Source of the DNA: Miltoncostaeaceae bacterium
GTDB lineage: Bacteria > Actinomycetota > Thermoleophilia > Miltoncostaeales > Miltoncostaeaceae
NCBI GenBank assembly: GCA_963698665.1
Contig: CAVORO010000003.1
Location: 1,311,831-1,375,830 of the forward strand
Direction of reading: 5' to 3'
DNA: 64,000 nucleotides
Positions 55,854-64,000 of the stretch are shown in pieces (positions within the stretch are counted from its first letter, which is position 1; each line of letters opens with the position of its first letter). The position numbers and the translations under genes were made by a program. The notes under the pieces are model-generated. The model made no database searches, had not been told where the DNA came from, and saw only the letters and a list, made by a program, of their open reading frames with translations.

Positions 55854-56475
55854 CGACACGCCGCGGGGGGCGCCGCCGGCGCCCCCCCTGCTCGGCCTCA
55901 CCGGGGGGATCGGCGCGGGCAAGTCGGCCGCGCTCGCGGCCTTCGCGGCCCACGGGGCGGCGACCCTGTCCGCCGACGAGGTCATCCACCGCCTCTATGC
56001 GGAGCCCGGTGTGCGCGACGCCGTCGCCGCCCGCTTCGGGCCGGGCGTGCTGGACGCCGACGGCGGGATCGACCGCGCCGCCCTCGGCGGCTCGGTCTTC
56101 GGGGACCCGGACGGGATGACGTTCCTCGAGGAGCTGTTGCATCCTCGGGTCGGCGCCGAGCGCAGGCGCTGGGTGGCCGCGGCGCGCCGCCGCCGGCCGG
56201 CGCCGCCGGTGATCGTCTGCGAGGTGCCCCTCCTGTTCGAGGTCGGGGCCGAGGGGGAGTTCGACGCGGTGGTGGTGGTGAGCGCACCGGACGCGATCCG
56301 CAGGGCGCGCGTGGCGGCCCGCGGCCAGGACTTCGCGGCCCGGGCGGCGCGGCAACTGCCCGAGGCCGCCAAGCTGGCGCGGGCCGACGAGTCCTACGTC
56401 AACGACGGGACGCTCGATGACCTGGACGCGTGGGTGGCCGACGTCGTCGAACGACGCGGGAACGGCGGCGCGTGA
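55801..56475 (+). CDS. coaE: Dephospho-CoA kinase
   Basis: P-loop LGLTGGIGAGKSA, then EVPLLFE, and a typical length. ATG 55801 is the only canonical in-frame start upstream of the P-loop, and it overlaps the S1 tail by 53 nt. The start is uncertain. Confidence 0.8.
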   Translation: MRRSSPTPTRTPETTPSSDTPRGAPPAPPLLGLTGGIGAGKSAALAAFAAHGAATLSADEVIHRLYAEPGVRDAVAARFGPGVLDADGGIDRAALGGSVFGDPDGMTFLEELLHPRVGAERRRWVAAARRRRPAPPVIVCEVPLLFEVGAEGEFDAVVVVSAPDAIRRARVAARGQDFAARAARQLPEAAKLARADESYVNDGTLDDLDAWVADVVERRGNGGA

Positions 56476-57095
56476 GCGCCGCGGACGCCGCCGCCGGGCG
56501 CCCGCGCCGGCGCGTCGGCGCGCTGGTCGTGTGGCTGTTGCTGGCGAGCGTCGCGGTCGGCGGCGTCCTCGTCGTGCACGCCACGATGCCCGGGTGGTAC
56601 GCCCGCATGTGGTATCCGCTCGAGCACGAGGAGACGATCCGAGCCGAGGCCGCCCGCAGCGATCTTCCGCCGGAGCTCGTGGCGGCCGTGATCTACGCCG
56701 AGTCGGGCTTCGTCCCGGATTCGCGGTCGCCGAAGGGGGCGGTCGGGCTGATGCAGGTGCTTCCGTCGACCGCCGCGTGGATGGCCTCGCGGCCGACCCG
56801 CCCCAGCCCCGCCCCCGGCGATCTCGAGGACCCCGAGGTCAACATCGCCTACGGCGCGCACCTGCTCGGCGAGCACCGGCGCGAGTTCGGGTCGGTGCCG
56901 GCCGCGTTGGTCGCCTACAACGCCGGGCACGAGGCGCTTCGGCGGTGGCGACGCGACGCGCGGGCCCGGGGTGAGGCGCTCCGCATCCCCGAGGACGTCC
57001 CCTACGCCGAGACCCGCGCCTACGTCGGTCGCGTGCTCGAGATGGAGACGGTCTACCGGCGCGCCTACGGCGGCGACCTCGGGGCGTCCGGTTGA
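56472..57095 (+). CDS. Membrane-anchored lytic transglycosylase (SLT domain)
   Basis: GTG 56472 overlaps the coaE stop (GTGA). TM segment VGALVVWLLLASVAVGGVLVV, catalytic block AVIYAESGFVPDSRSPKGAVGLMQVLPSTA, and AYNAG. Confidence 0.8.
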   Translation: MSAADAAAGRPRRRVGALVVWLLLASVAVGGVLVVHATMPGWYARMWYPLEHEETIRAEAARSDLPPELVAAVIYAESGFVPDSRSPKGAVGLMQVLPSTAAWMASRPTRPSPAPGDLEDPEVNIAYGAHLLGEHRREFGSVPAALVAYNAGHEALRRWRRDARARGEALRIPEDVPYAETRAYVGRVLEMETVYRRAYGGDLGASG

Positions 57096-57448
57096 CCCTG
57101 CGGCTGGACCACGTCGCCCTGACGGTGGCGGACCCGGCCCGGAGCCGGGAGTTCTACGCACGGTGGTTCGGGGTCGACGAGGTCGTGCACCGGGATGGGG
57201 ACCTCACGATCGTGCGCCCGCCGGGCGGCGGGCTGCTGGCCTTCCATCGCGGGGACGCCGGAGCGCCGGCGCCCGCGCGAAGCCACTTCGGGTTCCATGT
57301 CGTCGGCGTCGACGACGTGCTCGGCTTTCGCGCGAGGGCGCACGACGGGGGGCTCGAGGAGGTCGCCTTCCAGCACGCGGGGGGCTTCGCCTACTGCCGT
57401 GTGCTCGACCCGGATGGCCACGCGGTCGAGGTGTACGCAGTGGGATGA
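57092..57448 (+). CDS. VOC (glyoxalase/bleomycin-resistance/dioxygenase) family protein
   Basis: (L/M)TLRLDHVALTVADPARSREFYARWFG...HFGFHV...DPDGHAVEV. TTG 57092 overlaps the previous TGA. Confidence 0.75.
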   Translation: MTLRLDHVALTVADPARSREFYARWFGVDEVVHRDGDLTIVRPPGGGLLAFHRGDAGAPAPARSHFGFHVVGVDDVLGFRARAHDGGLEEVAFQHAGGFAYCRVLDPDGHAVEVYAVG

Positions 57449-57693
57449 GGGGGTGGGGCGCCCGCGGGTTCCCCGGACCGAGTGGAGGCGGGGAAGTGCG
57501 TGCTGATCCGCCTCGCACAAAGGCGCGAGGCCCCGGAGCGGTGCGGGCGCGCCTGGGGCGCGGAAGATCCGAACCACCCGACCGGGGCAGCCCGGATGCG
57601 CCCACGACGGGTCATCACGAGAGTCCTGCTGTGCTCGGGCGCAAGCGCCTGAGGGCTCCCGAGGGACTTCGTCGCGAACCCGGAGGCGACAGG

Positions 57694-58428
57694 ATGGGCT
57701 CCGAGGCCACAAGCCGTCCCGCGCTGGCAGCCGATGAGGTGCTCGCAACCACGCGGTCCGTTCGGAGGGGCCTCGACCTGTCTCGCCCGGTGGGGCGGGA
57801 ACTCGTCGAGGAGTGCATCGAGCTGGCGCTCCAGGCGCCGAGCGGTTCCAACATCCAGAACGCCCACTTCGTCGTGGTGACCGACCCCGACCAGCGCGCG
57901 GCGCTGGGGGAGGTGTACCGGCGCGGCTGGCAGGCGTACGTCGAGTCCCCCTTCTTCTACGGAAAGCTCGCGTACGACGACTATCGCCAGCGCCCCGGCG
58001 AGGCCGAGCGGTTCCAGGAGTGGGCGCAGATGGCCGGGCAGCAGGCGGACTGGCTCGTCGAGCACATCCACGAGGTGCCGGCGCTCGTCGTCCCGTGCGT
58101 CGCCTTCGGCGAGGGGGTCGCCCGCGTCTACGCCGAGTCCGGCGTGACGCGCGACGTGCCCCTTCCGTCGGTCATCGAGGCCGCTACATACGGCAACATC
58201 CTCCCGGCCGCGCAGCAGTTCCGGCTCGCGGCGCGCGCTCGCGGGCTCGGGTCCTGCTGGACGGTCGTCCACCTGTTCTTCGAGGAGGACGCCGCGTCGG
58301 TGCTCGGCGTGCCCTACGAGACCGTTCAGCAGGCGGCCCTGATCCCGGTCGCGCACGCGAGCGACGACGAGTTCCACGTCGCGCAGCGCCCGCCGCTGTC
58401 GGACGTGGTGCACTGGGACGCCTGGTAG
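57694..58428 (+). CDS. Nitroreductase family protein
   Basis: From ATG 57694 (GGAGG 7 nt upstream): TTRSVRRGLDLSRPVGRELVEECIELALQAPSGSNIQNAHFVVV... Confidence 0.85.
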   Translation: MGSEATSRPALAADEVLATTRSVRRGLDLSRPVGRELVEECIELALQAPSGSNIQNAHFVVVTDPDQRAALGEVYRRGWQAYVESPFFYGKLAYDDYRQRPGEAERFQEWAQMAGQQADWLVEHIHEVPALVVPCVAFGEGVARVYAESGVTRDVPLPSVIEAATYGNILPAAQQFRLAARARGLGSCWTVVHLFFEEDAASVLGVPYETVQQAALIPVAHASDDEFHVAQRPPLSDVVHWDAW

Positions 58429-58471
58429 GGGGCCGACCGAGGCAATGGGGGGCGCTCGATGAGCGCCCTCG

Positions 58472-58640
58472 GTCCACACCGGCACTCACACGGGCGCATG
58501 GAACAAGCTCACGCCGCAGGGCGAGCACATCGAGTTCTCGGGCGTCGCGGTCTACAAGGTCACCGAAGGGAAGATCACGGAGGAGCGCCTCTACTTCGAC
58601 CCGAACCTGCTCATCCGGGAGTGGGCTGTTCCGCTCGGCA
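58472..58640 (+). pseudogene. Remnant of an SnoaL-like / ester-cyclase (NTF2-fold) gene: C-terminal part only, with no start codon
   Basis: My translation, VHTGTHTGAWNKLTPQGEHIEFSGVAVYKVTEGKITEERLYFDPNLLIREW, has ~100% GC3. An in-frame TGA sits at 58460-58462 and there is no ATG/GTG/TTG until 58646. Downstream, the frame runs on without a stop as antisense of gloA. Confidence 0.5.
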
Positions 58641-58918
58641 CCCTGATGGGCGTCGGCATGACGACGTGGAAGCAGGGTCGCGCGACGAAGAAGGCCCGCA
58701 AGGCGGCTGAATCGGCCCTAGGAGCGGTCCGGGCGTCCGGGTCGTGCCGCTGGGTTCGGGGGGCGGGCGTTGACCTCGGGGGGCGACGGCGAGGCGGCGG
58801 GCGAGTGTGCCCCGCCGGTCAGCGCGGCGAGGTGTCCGAGCGCGCTGAGCCGTGGGTGCCGGCCGGGGCGCTTGCCCCACGGCCCCGCCGGGCTCGCGAC
58901 GGCAGGACGCCCGCGCCG

Positions 58919-59302
58919 CTACGTGCGCTCGATGATCTCGATCCGATAGCCGTCGGGGTCGCGGACGAAGCAGATCCTCGACCCGCCCGGGTAGGCGGCG
59001 TAGGGCGGCTTCTCCGGCAGGATGCCGAGCGCCTCGAGCCGCGCGAGCTCCGCGTCCAGGTCGCCGGTGGTGATCGCGATGTGGCCGTAGGCCTCACCCA
59101 TCTCGTACGGCTCGGTGCGGCCGTCGTTGAGCGTGAGCTCGAGCTCGTTGTCGTCGCCCGGGAGGCCGAGCATGATGATCGTCGCGGTGTCCCCGCCGAC
59201 GCGGTTGCGCCGCCGCTCCTGGAATCCGAGCGCGTCGTAGAACGCGATCGAGCGGTCCTCGTCGAGCACCCGGATCATGGTGTGGATCAGCTTGTCGGCC
59301 AT
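58919..59302 (-). CDS. gloA: Lactoylglutathione lyase (glyoxalase I)
   Basis: MADKLIHTMIRVLDEDRSIAFYDALGF...ELELTLNDG...YGHIAI...FVRDPDGYRIEIIE. Confidence 0.9.
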   Translation of the reverse strand: MADKLIHTMIRVLDEDRSIAFYDALGFQERRRNRVGGDTATIIMLGLPGDDNELELTLNDGRTEPYEMGEAYGHIAITTGDLDAELARLEALGILPEKPPYAAYPGGSRICFVRDPDGYRIEIIERT

Positions 59303-59687
59303 CGTGCCTCCCTCGGTGTCGGGCCGAGGGTAGCGCCCTCACGAATGCCGATGTCGGCGACGCCCGAGGACGCCGCCGACACCGGTGTTCGAAGCCCCAC
59401 GTCCCGGTCGCGGGGCCATGCGCCCGACGTGCGCCGTCAGCCCTGGACGGCCCACGCCGTGTGCCGGGGCGCGCGCGTGCGTGTCGAGACACGCACGCCG
59501 CGCCACGGACACGTCACGACGCTCCCGGGGCAACGGGGGCGTCGTGCGCCGACGACTCGCGAGGGGGCGTTTCGCTGATCGAGCGGCGTCATGGGAGGAG
59601 ACTAGGTCCGCCCGGGCGCGGTCGCGTTGGCCCGCGCGAGCAAATCCGGGGCGTCGCGTTTGGCCCCCGGGCGTGGCGGCGGTCGTC

Positions 59688-60517
59688 TCATCGCCCGCCG
59701 GCCACGACGACGACACCGACGACGATCGCGGCCGCGCCGATCGCCTGCGCGCGTCCCAGTCGCTCTCCGAGCGTCGCCTGGGCCAGCCCGGCCGTGACGG
59801 CCGGGTAGAGCGCCGCGAGGGCCGCCGCCAGCGCCAGATCGCCCGCCGCGGCCGCGATCGCGAAGGCGGCGCGCCGAGGACGTCGACGACGCCGGCGACC
59901 ACCGCGACGGATGCCGCCCGCGGACCCGGCCGTTCGCCGCGTCGGGTCGCGCTCGCGACGAACACCCCGACCACGAGCACCGACGACACGACCCGCGCGA
60001 TCGCGACGCTCCAGAGGGCGGTGCCGTCGGGCGCGCTGCCGATCATGGTCCAGTAGGCGCCGAATCCGACCGCCGCGAGACCGGCGCTGACGATCCCGGC
60101 GCGCGCCCCGCTCGCGCCGGCAGTGGAGACGAGGATCATCCCTGCGAGCGCGGCGAGGGCCCCGGCCGCGACGATCCAGCCCGGGCGTTCGCCCGAGCGC
60201 ACGCCGACCGCGATCGGAAGGAGCGCCCCCGCAGCGCTGATCGGCGCCGCGAGGCTCATGGCGCCCTGCACCAGCGCCCGGTAGAGGGCCGCGACGCCCA
60301 GCGCCTGGGCGACGCCCGCGAGCCCCGCGACCACGAGTGCCGCCCCGACCGGGACATCGGCTGCGACGGACGCGAGCGGCACGATCACCGCCAGACCGGC
60401 GACCTGCGAGATCGCCACCGCCGTGACGAAACCCATCCGTCGCGACGCCCGTCCGCCCAGGTAGTCGGCCGAGCCCCACAGGAGCCCCGCCAGCGCACCC
60501 GCGACGACGCCGATCAT
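59688..60517 (-). pseudogene. EamA/DMT family transporter with one frame break near 59865-59880
   Basis: The first ~8 TM segments are in the frame of ORF 59339..60517 (MIGVVAGALAGLLWGSADYLGGRASRR...VAVVAGVVDVLG). The last two are in the frame of ORF 59688..60662 (AAFAIAAAAGDLALAAALAALYPAVTAGLAQATLGERLGRAQAIGAAAIVVGVVVVAGGR*). The span is 830 nt. Confidence 0.7.
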
Positions 60518-60601
60518 GCTTTGGGCGGAAGCGGTCCGCGAAGGCGCCTGCCGGCCACGTCGAGCGCGAGCGCGATCCGCGCCGGCTCGTCCGCGAGGTG
60601 A

Positions 60602-61546
60602 TCAGGAGGGTGCGGCGGGATCCCGGAAATGCCGCGGGCCGCGCATGTACGCCCCGATCCACCAGCTGAAAAAGGCATGGCGGAGCGCGGCGCCCGGATC
60701 GGCGCCGTAGGCGCCGGCGCTCACCAGCTCGTCCAGAGCCGCGGCCTCGTCGTCGTTCAGCCGCACCTCGACCTCGGCCCCGCCGAGGGGCACGTTCGTG
60801 AACTCCGGCGTGTAGTCGGGGTCCGCGCGGAGCGGGCGGTCGGTCTTGATCCGCGAGTGCCGAAAGCGCGTGGGGTCGCGCTGGCTACGCGGGTACGCAC
60901 GCGCTTCCGGCACGAGGTGGACGAGGTCGGCCTCCCCGCCGTCGAACACCTGCACGAGCAGTGGCTTCAGCGCGAAGTTGCTCGTCTGGAACATGTCCGC
61001 ACCGCAGACGTTCGGGACGGCCAGGACGTCGATCTGAGCGAGCAGGTCGACGTGGTCGTCGGCTCCGGCCACGTTGCGCATGATGAACGGCCGGCCGTCG
61101 GCGTCGATCCCGGTGTTCATGAACATGTTGAACGAGTCGTGCACGTCGTCGGGGGTCAGCCCGAACTCCCGTTGGGCCTCCGCCTGGATGTCGTGGCAGT
61201 TGGTGTGCGGCGCGACACCGAAGTGCAGGTCGAACAGGAGTGCCGAACAGCGCGGGTAGAGCACGTCGTTGGTGCCGCACGTGTCCTCGACGATGGTCAT
61301 GATCGGCCGGTCGCGCGGCGGCGCCGACCACAGGTGGTCGCCGGTCGTGGGGTGCATGCCGTGCATGTGCCGCGTCCGCCCGGTGTGGAAGAACTCCTTG
61401 TAGTCGTGCAGGTTGAAGGCGTTGAAGTCGGCGCACTGCTCGCCGTCGACCTGGCTGACCCGGATCACCTGGCCGCGCAGGACCGGGAAGGCCCGGCCGG
61501 TGCCGGGCTGCATCAGGTGCTCCGTCCGGAGGGCGCGCCCGCTCAC
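60602..61546 (-). CDS. DUF1989 (urea-carboxylase-associated) family protein
   Basis: LMQPGTGRAFPVLRGQVIRVSQVDGEQCADFNAFNLHDYKEFFH...TNCHDIQ...; clean 314-aa ORF. Confidence 0.8.
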   Translation of the reverse strand: MSGRALRTEHLMQPGTGRAFPVLRGQVIRVSQVDGEQCADFNAFNLHDYKEFFHTGRTRHMHGMHPTTGDHLWSAPPRDRPIMTIVEDTCGTNDVLYPRCSALLFDLHFGVAPHTNCHDIQAEAQREFGLTPDDVHDSFNMFMNTGIDADGRPFIMRNVAGADDHVDLLAQIDVLAVPNVCGADMFQTSNFALKPLLVQVFDGGEADLVHLVPEARAYPRSQRDPTRFRHSRIKTDRPLRADPDYTPEFTNVPLGGAEVEVRLNDDEAAALDELVSAGAYGADPGAALRHAFFSWWIGAYMRGPRHFRDPAAPS

Positions 61547-61677
61547 CGGCGCACCTGTGCGAGGGCCTCGACGGTCTGACGCAGGCCATGGCGGAGCGCA
61601 TCGGCGCGGTCCGCGAACCCCTCCTCGCGGACCAGCGCGTCGAGCAGCTCGAGCTGCTGGGCGTTCAGTCGGACCAT
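61543..61677 (-). CDS. Very small protein (44 aa), possibly ribbon-helix-helix-like
   Basis: MVRLNAQQLELLDALVREEGFADRADALRHGLRQTVEALAQVRR*. GGAGGG lies ~10 nt upstream of ATG 61677. Its stop overlaps the GTG of the DUF1989 gene (GTGA at 61543-61546). Confidence 0.4.
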   Translation of the reverse strand: MVRLNAQQLELLDALVREEGFADRADALRHGLRQTVEALAQVRR

Positions 61678-61906
61678 GACCACGCGGCCCTCCGGATCGT
61701 CGTCCACGGCATCCTCCTCAGGCGTCGGGGCGGCAACGCTAGCCGCGCGGTGACCGCTCGGGCGCTGGCCGCGCGCTCGAAGTTGCGCCCGCGATGTTTG
61801 GACCTCGGGCCAGGAGCCCGGCATCCGATTCTGGGGTCGGGGAGGTGTCGGGAGCGGGGCCGGGATGCGAGGGTCGGCGACGCCGTCACCCGACGAGGAG
61901 CATCGG

Positions 61907-62559
61907 ATGGATCGACCTCCCGCCACGCTGATCCGCCGACCCGCGGTCGTGACGATCGACCTGCACCGCGGACACCTCGACCCCGAGGTCGCCACCATGC
62001 CGCTCGACGGCGCGGCCGCGGCCGCCCTGCTCGAGGTCGTCGTGCCGGCGCTCGCGCGCCTGCGCGACGTGGGCGTTCCGATCGTGCACGTCGTGACCTC
62101 CTACAGGGACGCGTCCGAGATCACCTCGAACCCGCTACTGGTCGATCGCAGGCTGCGGAGGGCACGGGGCCGCGGGCGAGGGTGGCGGCGCACAACCTCG
62201 ACGACGGGCCAGGGGTCGAGTTGATGCCGGGGGTGCGCGCGGACGGCGACGTCGTAGTCGCAACGAAGAAGCGCTACGACTGCTTCGTCGCCACCGACCT
62301 CGACCTGGTGCTGCGTGCGGGTGGCCACGACGCCGTCATGCTCATGGGGGTCAACACGAACTCGTGCGTCCTGGCGACGGCCGTGTCGGCGTCCGTGCGG
62401 GACCTCGCGGTGGTCGTGGTCCGCGACTGCGTCGACTCGATGATGGGCGTGGCCGCCCACGAGGCGGCGCTCGCGATCCTCGCTGGCTCGTTCGGGTGGG
62501 TGATGGGCTCGGAGGACGCGCTCGCGCTCGTGTCGGAGGCGGCGGCAGTCCCCGGGTGA
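61907..62559 (+). pseudogene. Isochorismatase-family cysteine hydrolase with one frame break near 62130-62175
   Basis: The N-part is in the frame of ORF 61865 (MDRPPATLIRRPAVVTIDLHRGHLDP...[20 protein letters not shown]). The C-part is in the frame of ORF 61588 ([69 protein letters not shown]...). GAGGAG lies upstream of ATG 61907. The span is 653 nt. Confidence 0.7.
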
Positions 62560-62609
62560 GCGCCGCGTCCCGGGCGTCGCCGACGGGGGCGGGCGCTACC
62601 CTGGGTCCG

Positions 62610-64000
62610 GTGAGCGTCGTCAGCCCCTACCGCCTGGCGGAGGCCTACGCGCCGACCGGCGACCAGCCCCAGGCGATCGCCGAGATCACGGAGCGCCTCG
62701 AGGCCGGCGAGCGGTTCCAGACGCTGCTCGGCGTGACCGGCAGCGGCAAGACCTTCACGATGGCCAACATCATCGCGCGCACCGGCCGCCCGGCGCTCGT
62801 GATCGCCCACAACAAGACGCTCGCGGCCCAGCTGTGCAACGAGTTCCGGGAGTTCCTGCCCGACGCCGCGGTCGAGTACTTCGTGAGCTACTACGACTAC
62901 TACCAGCCCGAGGCCTACATCTCGGCCTCGGACACCTACATCGAGAAGGACGCGTCGATCAACGACGAGATCGACCGGCTGCGCCACGCCGCCACGGCCG
63001 CGCTTCTGGCGCGCCGGGACGTCGTGATCGTGGCGTCGGTCAGCTGCATCTACGGCATCGGCTCGCCCGAGGTCTACCGCGACCGGATGGTGCTGCTGAC
63101 CGTCGGGGAGGAGTACCCGCGCGAGCGCCTCTTCCGTCGGCTCGTGGAGATCCAGTACCAGCGCAACGACATGGTGCTCGAGCGCGGGCGCTTCCGCGTC
63201 AAGGGCGACACGATCGAGATCCAGCCGGCCTTCGCGGAGACCGCCTACCGCATCTCCACCTTCGGGGACGAGGTCGAGGGCATCATCGAGTTCGATCCGC
63301 TCACCGGCGAGGTGCACGGCGAGCTCGGGCACCTCGCCGTCTACCCGGCGACCCACTACGTGACCCCGCCGGACACGATCGAGCGGTCGGTGGAGGAGAT
63401 CCGCGCCGAGCTCGACGGCGCAGCTCGGGCGCTTCGAGGCCCAGGGGAAGATGGTGGAGGCGCACCGGCTGCGCCAGCGCACCGAGTACGACCTCGAGAT
63501 GATCCGGGAGCTCGGCTACTGCTCGGGGATCGAGAACTACTCGCGCATCCTCGACGGCCGCGCCCCGGGGGAGGCGCCGCATGCGCTGCTCGACTTCTTC
63601 CCCGACGACTTCCTGTGCTTCATCGACGAGTCGCACAACACGATGGGCCAGCTCCGCGGCATGTACGAGGGCGACCGTTCGCGCAAGCTGTCGCTGATCG
63701 ACCACGGCTTCCGCCTCCCGTCGGCGCTCGACAACCGCCCGCTCCAGCTGCCCGAGTTCCTGGACCGCGTGAACCAGGTCGTCTTCGTCTCGGCCACGCC
63801 GGGCGAGTTCGAGCGTGCGAGCTCCGGGCACGTCGTCGAGCAGATCATCCGGCCGACGGGCCTGGTCGATCCCGAGGTCGAGGTGCGTCCGACGCGCAAC
63901 CAGATCGACGACCTCATGCGTGAGCTCCGCGAGCGCGCCGAGCGCGACCAGCGCGCCCTCGTGACCACGCTGACCAAGCGCATGGCCGAGGACCTCACCG
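62610..64000 (+). CDS. uvrB: Excinuclease ABC subunit B, partial (runs off the right edge), with a frame break near 63410-63425
   Basis: From GTG 62610: [42 protein letters not shown]...[14 protein letters not shown]... Sequence is good up to ...[11 protein letters not shown]. It continues only in another frame as [43 protein letters not shown]...FIDESH...DNRPL...VSATPG... Confidence 0.9.

Noticed and set aside
57449-57693. 245-bp leader upstream of the nitroreductase gene as a riboswitch or sRNA
   Set aside because: It has only short GC stems (for example CCTCGC...GCGAGG) and no recognisable conserved core. The evidence is insufficient.
59303-59687. 385-bp spacer between gloA and the EamA gene, with hairpin GTGCGTGT-CGAG-ACACGCAC (59479-59498)
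   Set aside because: It has no coding periodicity by eye, no recognisable RNA motif, and no repeat partner in the window. It is probably promoter/terminator space.

Overview
Chromosomal window from a very high-GC genome (about 70% or more by eye), with Actinomycetota-like gene content. The alpha/beta GlyRS hints at a deep-branching lineage such as Thermoleophilia or Rubrobacteria, but that is inference only. The window is densely packed with housekeeping genes: pyrG, a UvrD-type helicase, mutM, recO, glyQ-glyS, dgt-dnaG-rpoD, polA, rpsA-coaE, uvrB and one tRNA-Leu(CAA). Transporters, redox enzymes and many small unknown ORFs sit between them. I found no rRNA, CRISPR array, transposase, integrase or prophage genes. 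Because of the GC content, almost every gene has long antisense or out-of-frame shadow ORFs. I chose gene models by protein-family recognition, third-position GC and Shine-Dalgarno/start context. Four things stand out. (1) At 41.5-43.4 kb a protein without a signal peptide carries an OmpA-like domain, an HExxHxxGxxD metallopeptidase motif and an N-terminal LQxxAGNxxV motif typical of DUF4157/eCIS cargo. It is translationally coupled to an unknown 129-aa ORF, lies beside the tRNA and sits just downstream of a GAF/degenerate-GGDEF/HD-GYP regulator. (2) At 49.9-54.2 kb four exported genes overlap end to start: GH26-like, DUF1800, DUF1501 (Tat motif) and cupredoxin-like. (3) At least 10 single-frame breaks interrupt otherwise well-conserved genes, including rpsA and uvrB, with a local hotspot at 33.6-35.5 kb. 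This looks mainly like indel-type sequence error, though some real gene decay is possible. (4) The 3' end of rpsA contains a near-perfect 48-nt tandem repeat. All family assignments come from reading the translations from memory; no searches were run.
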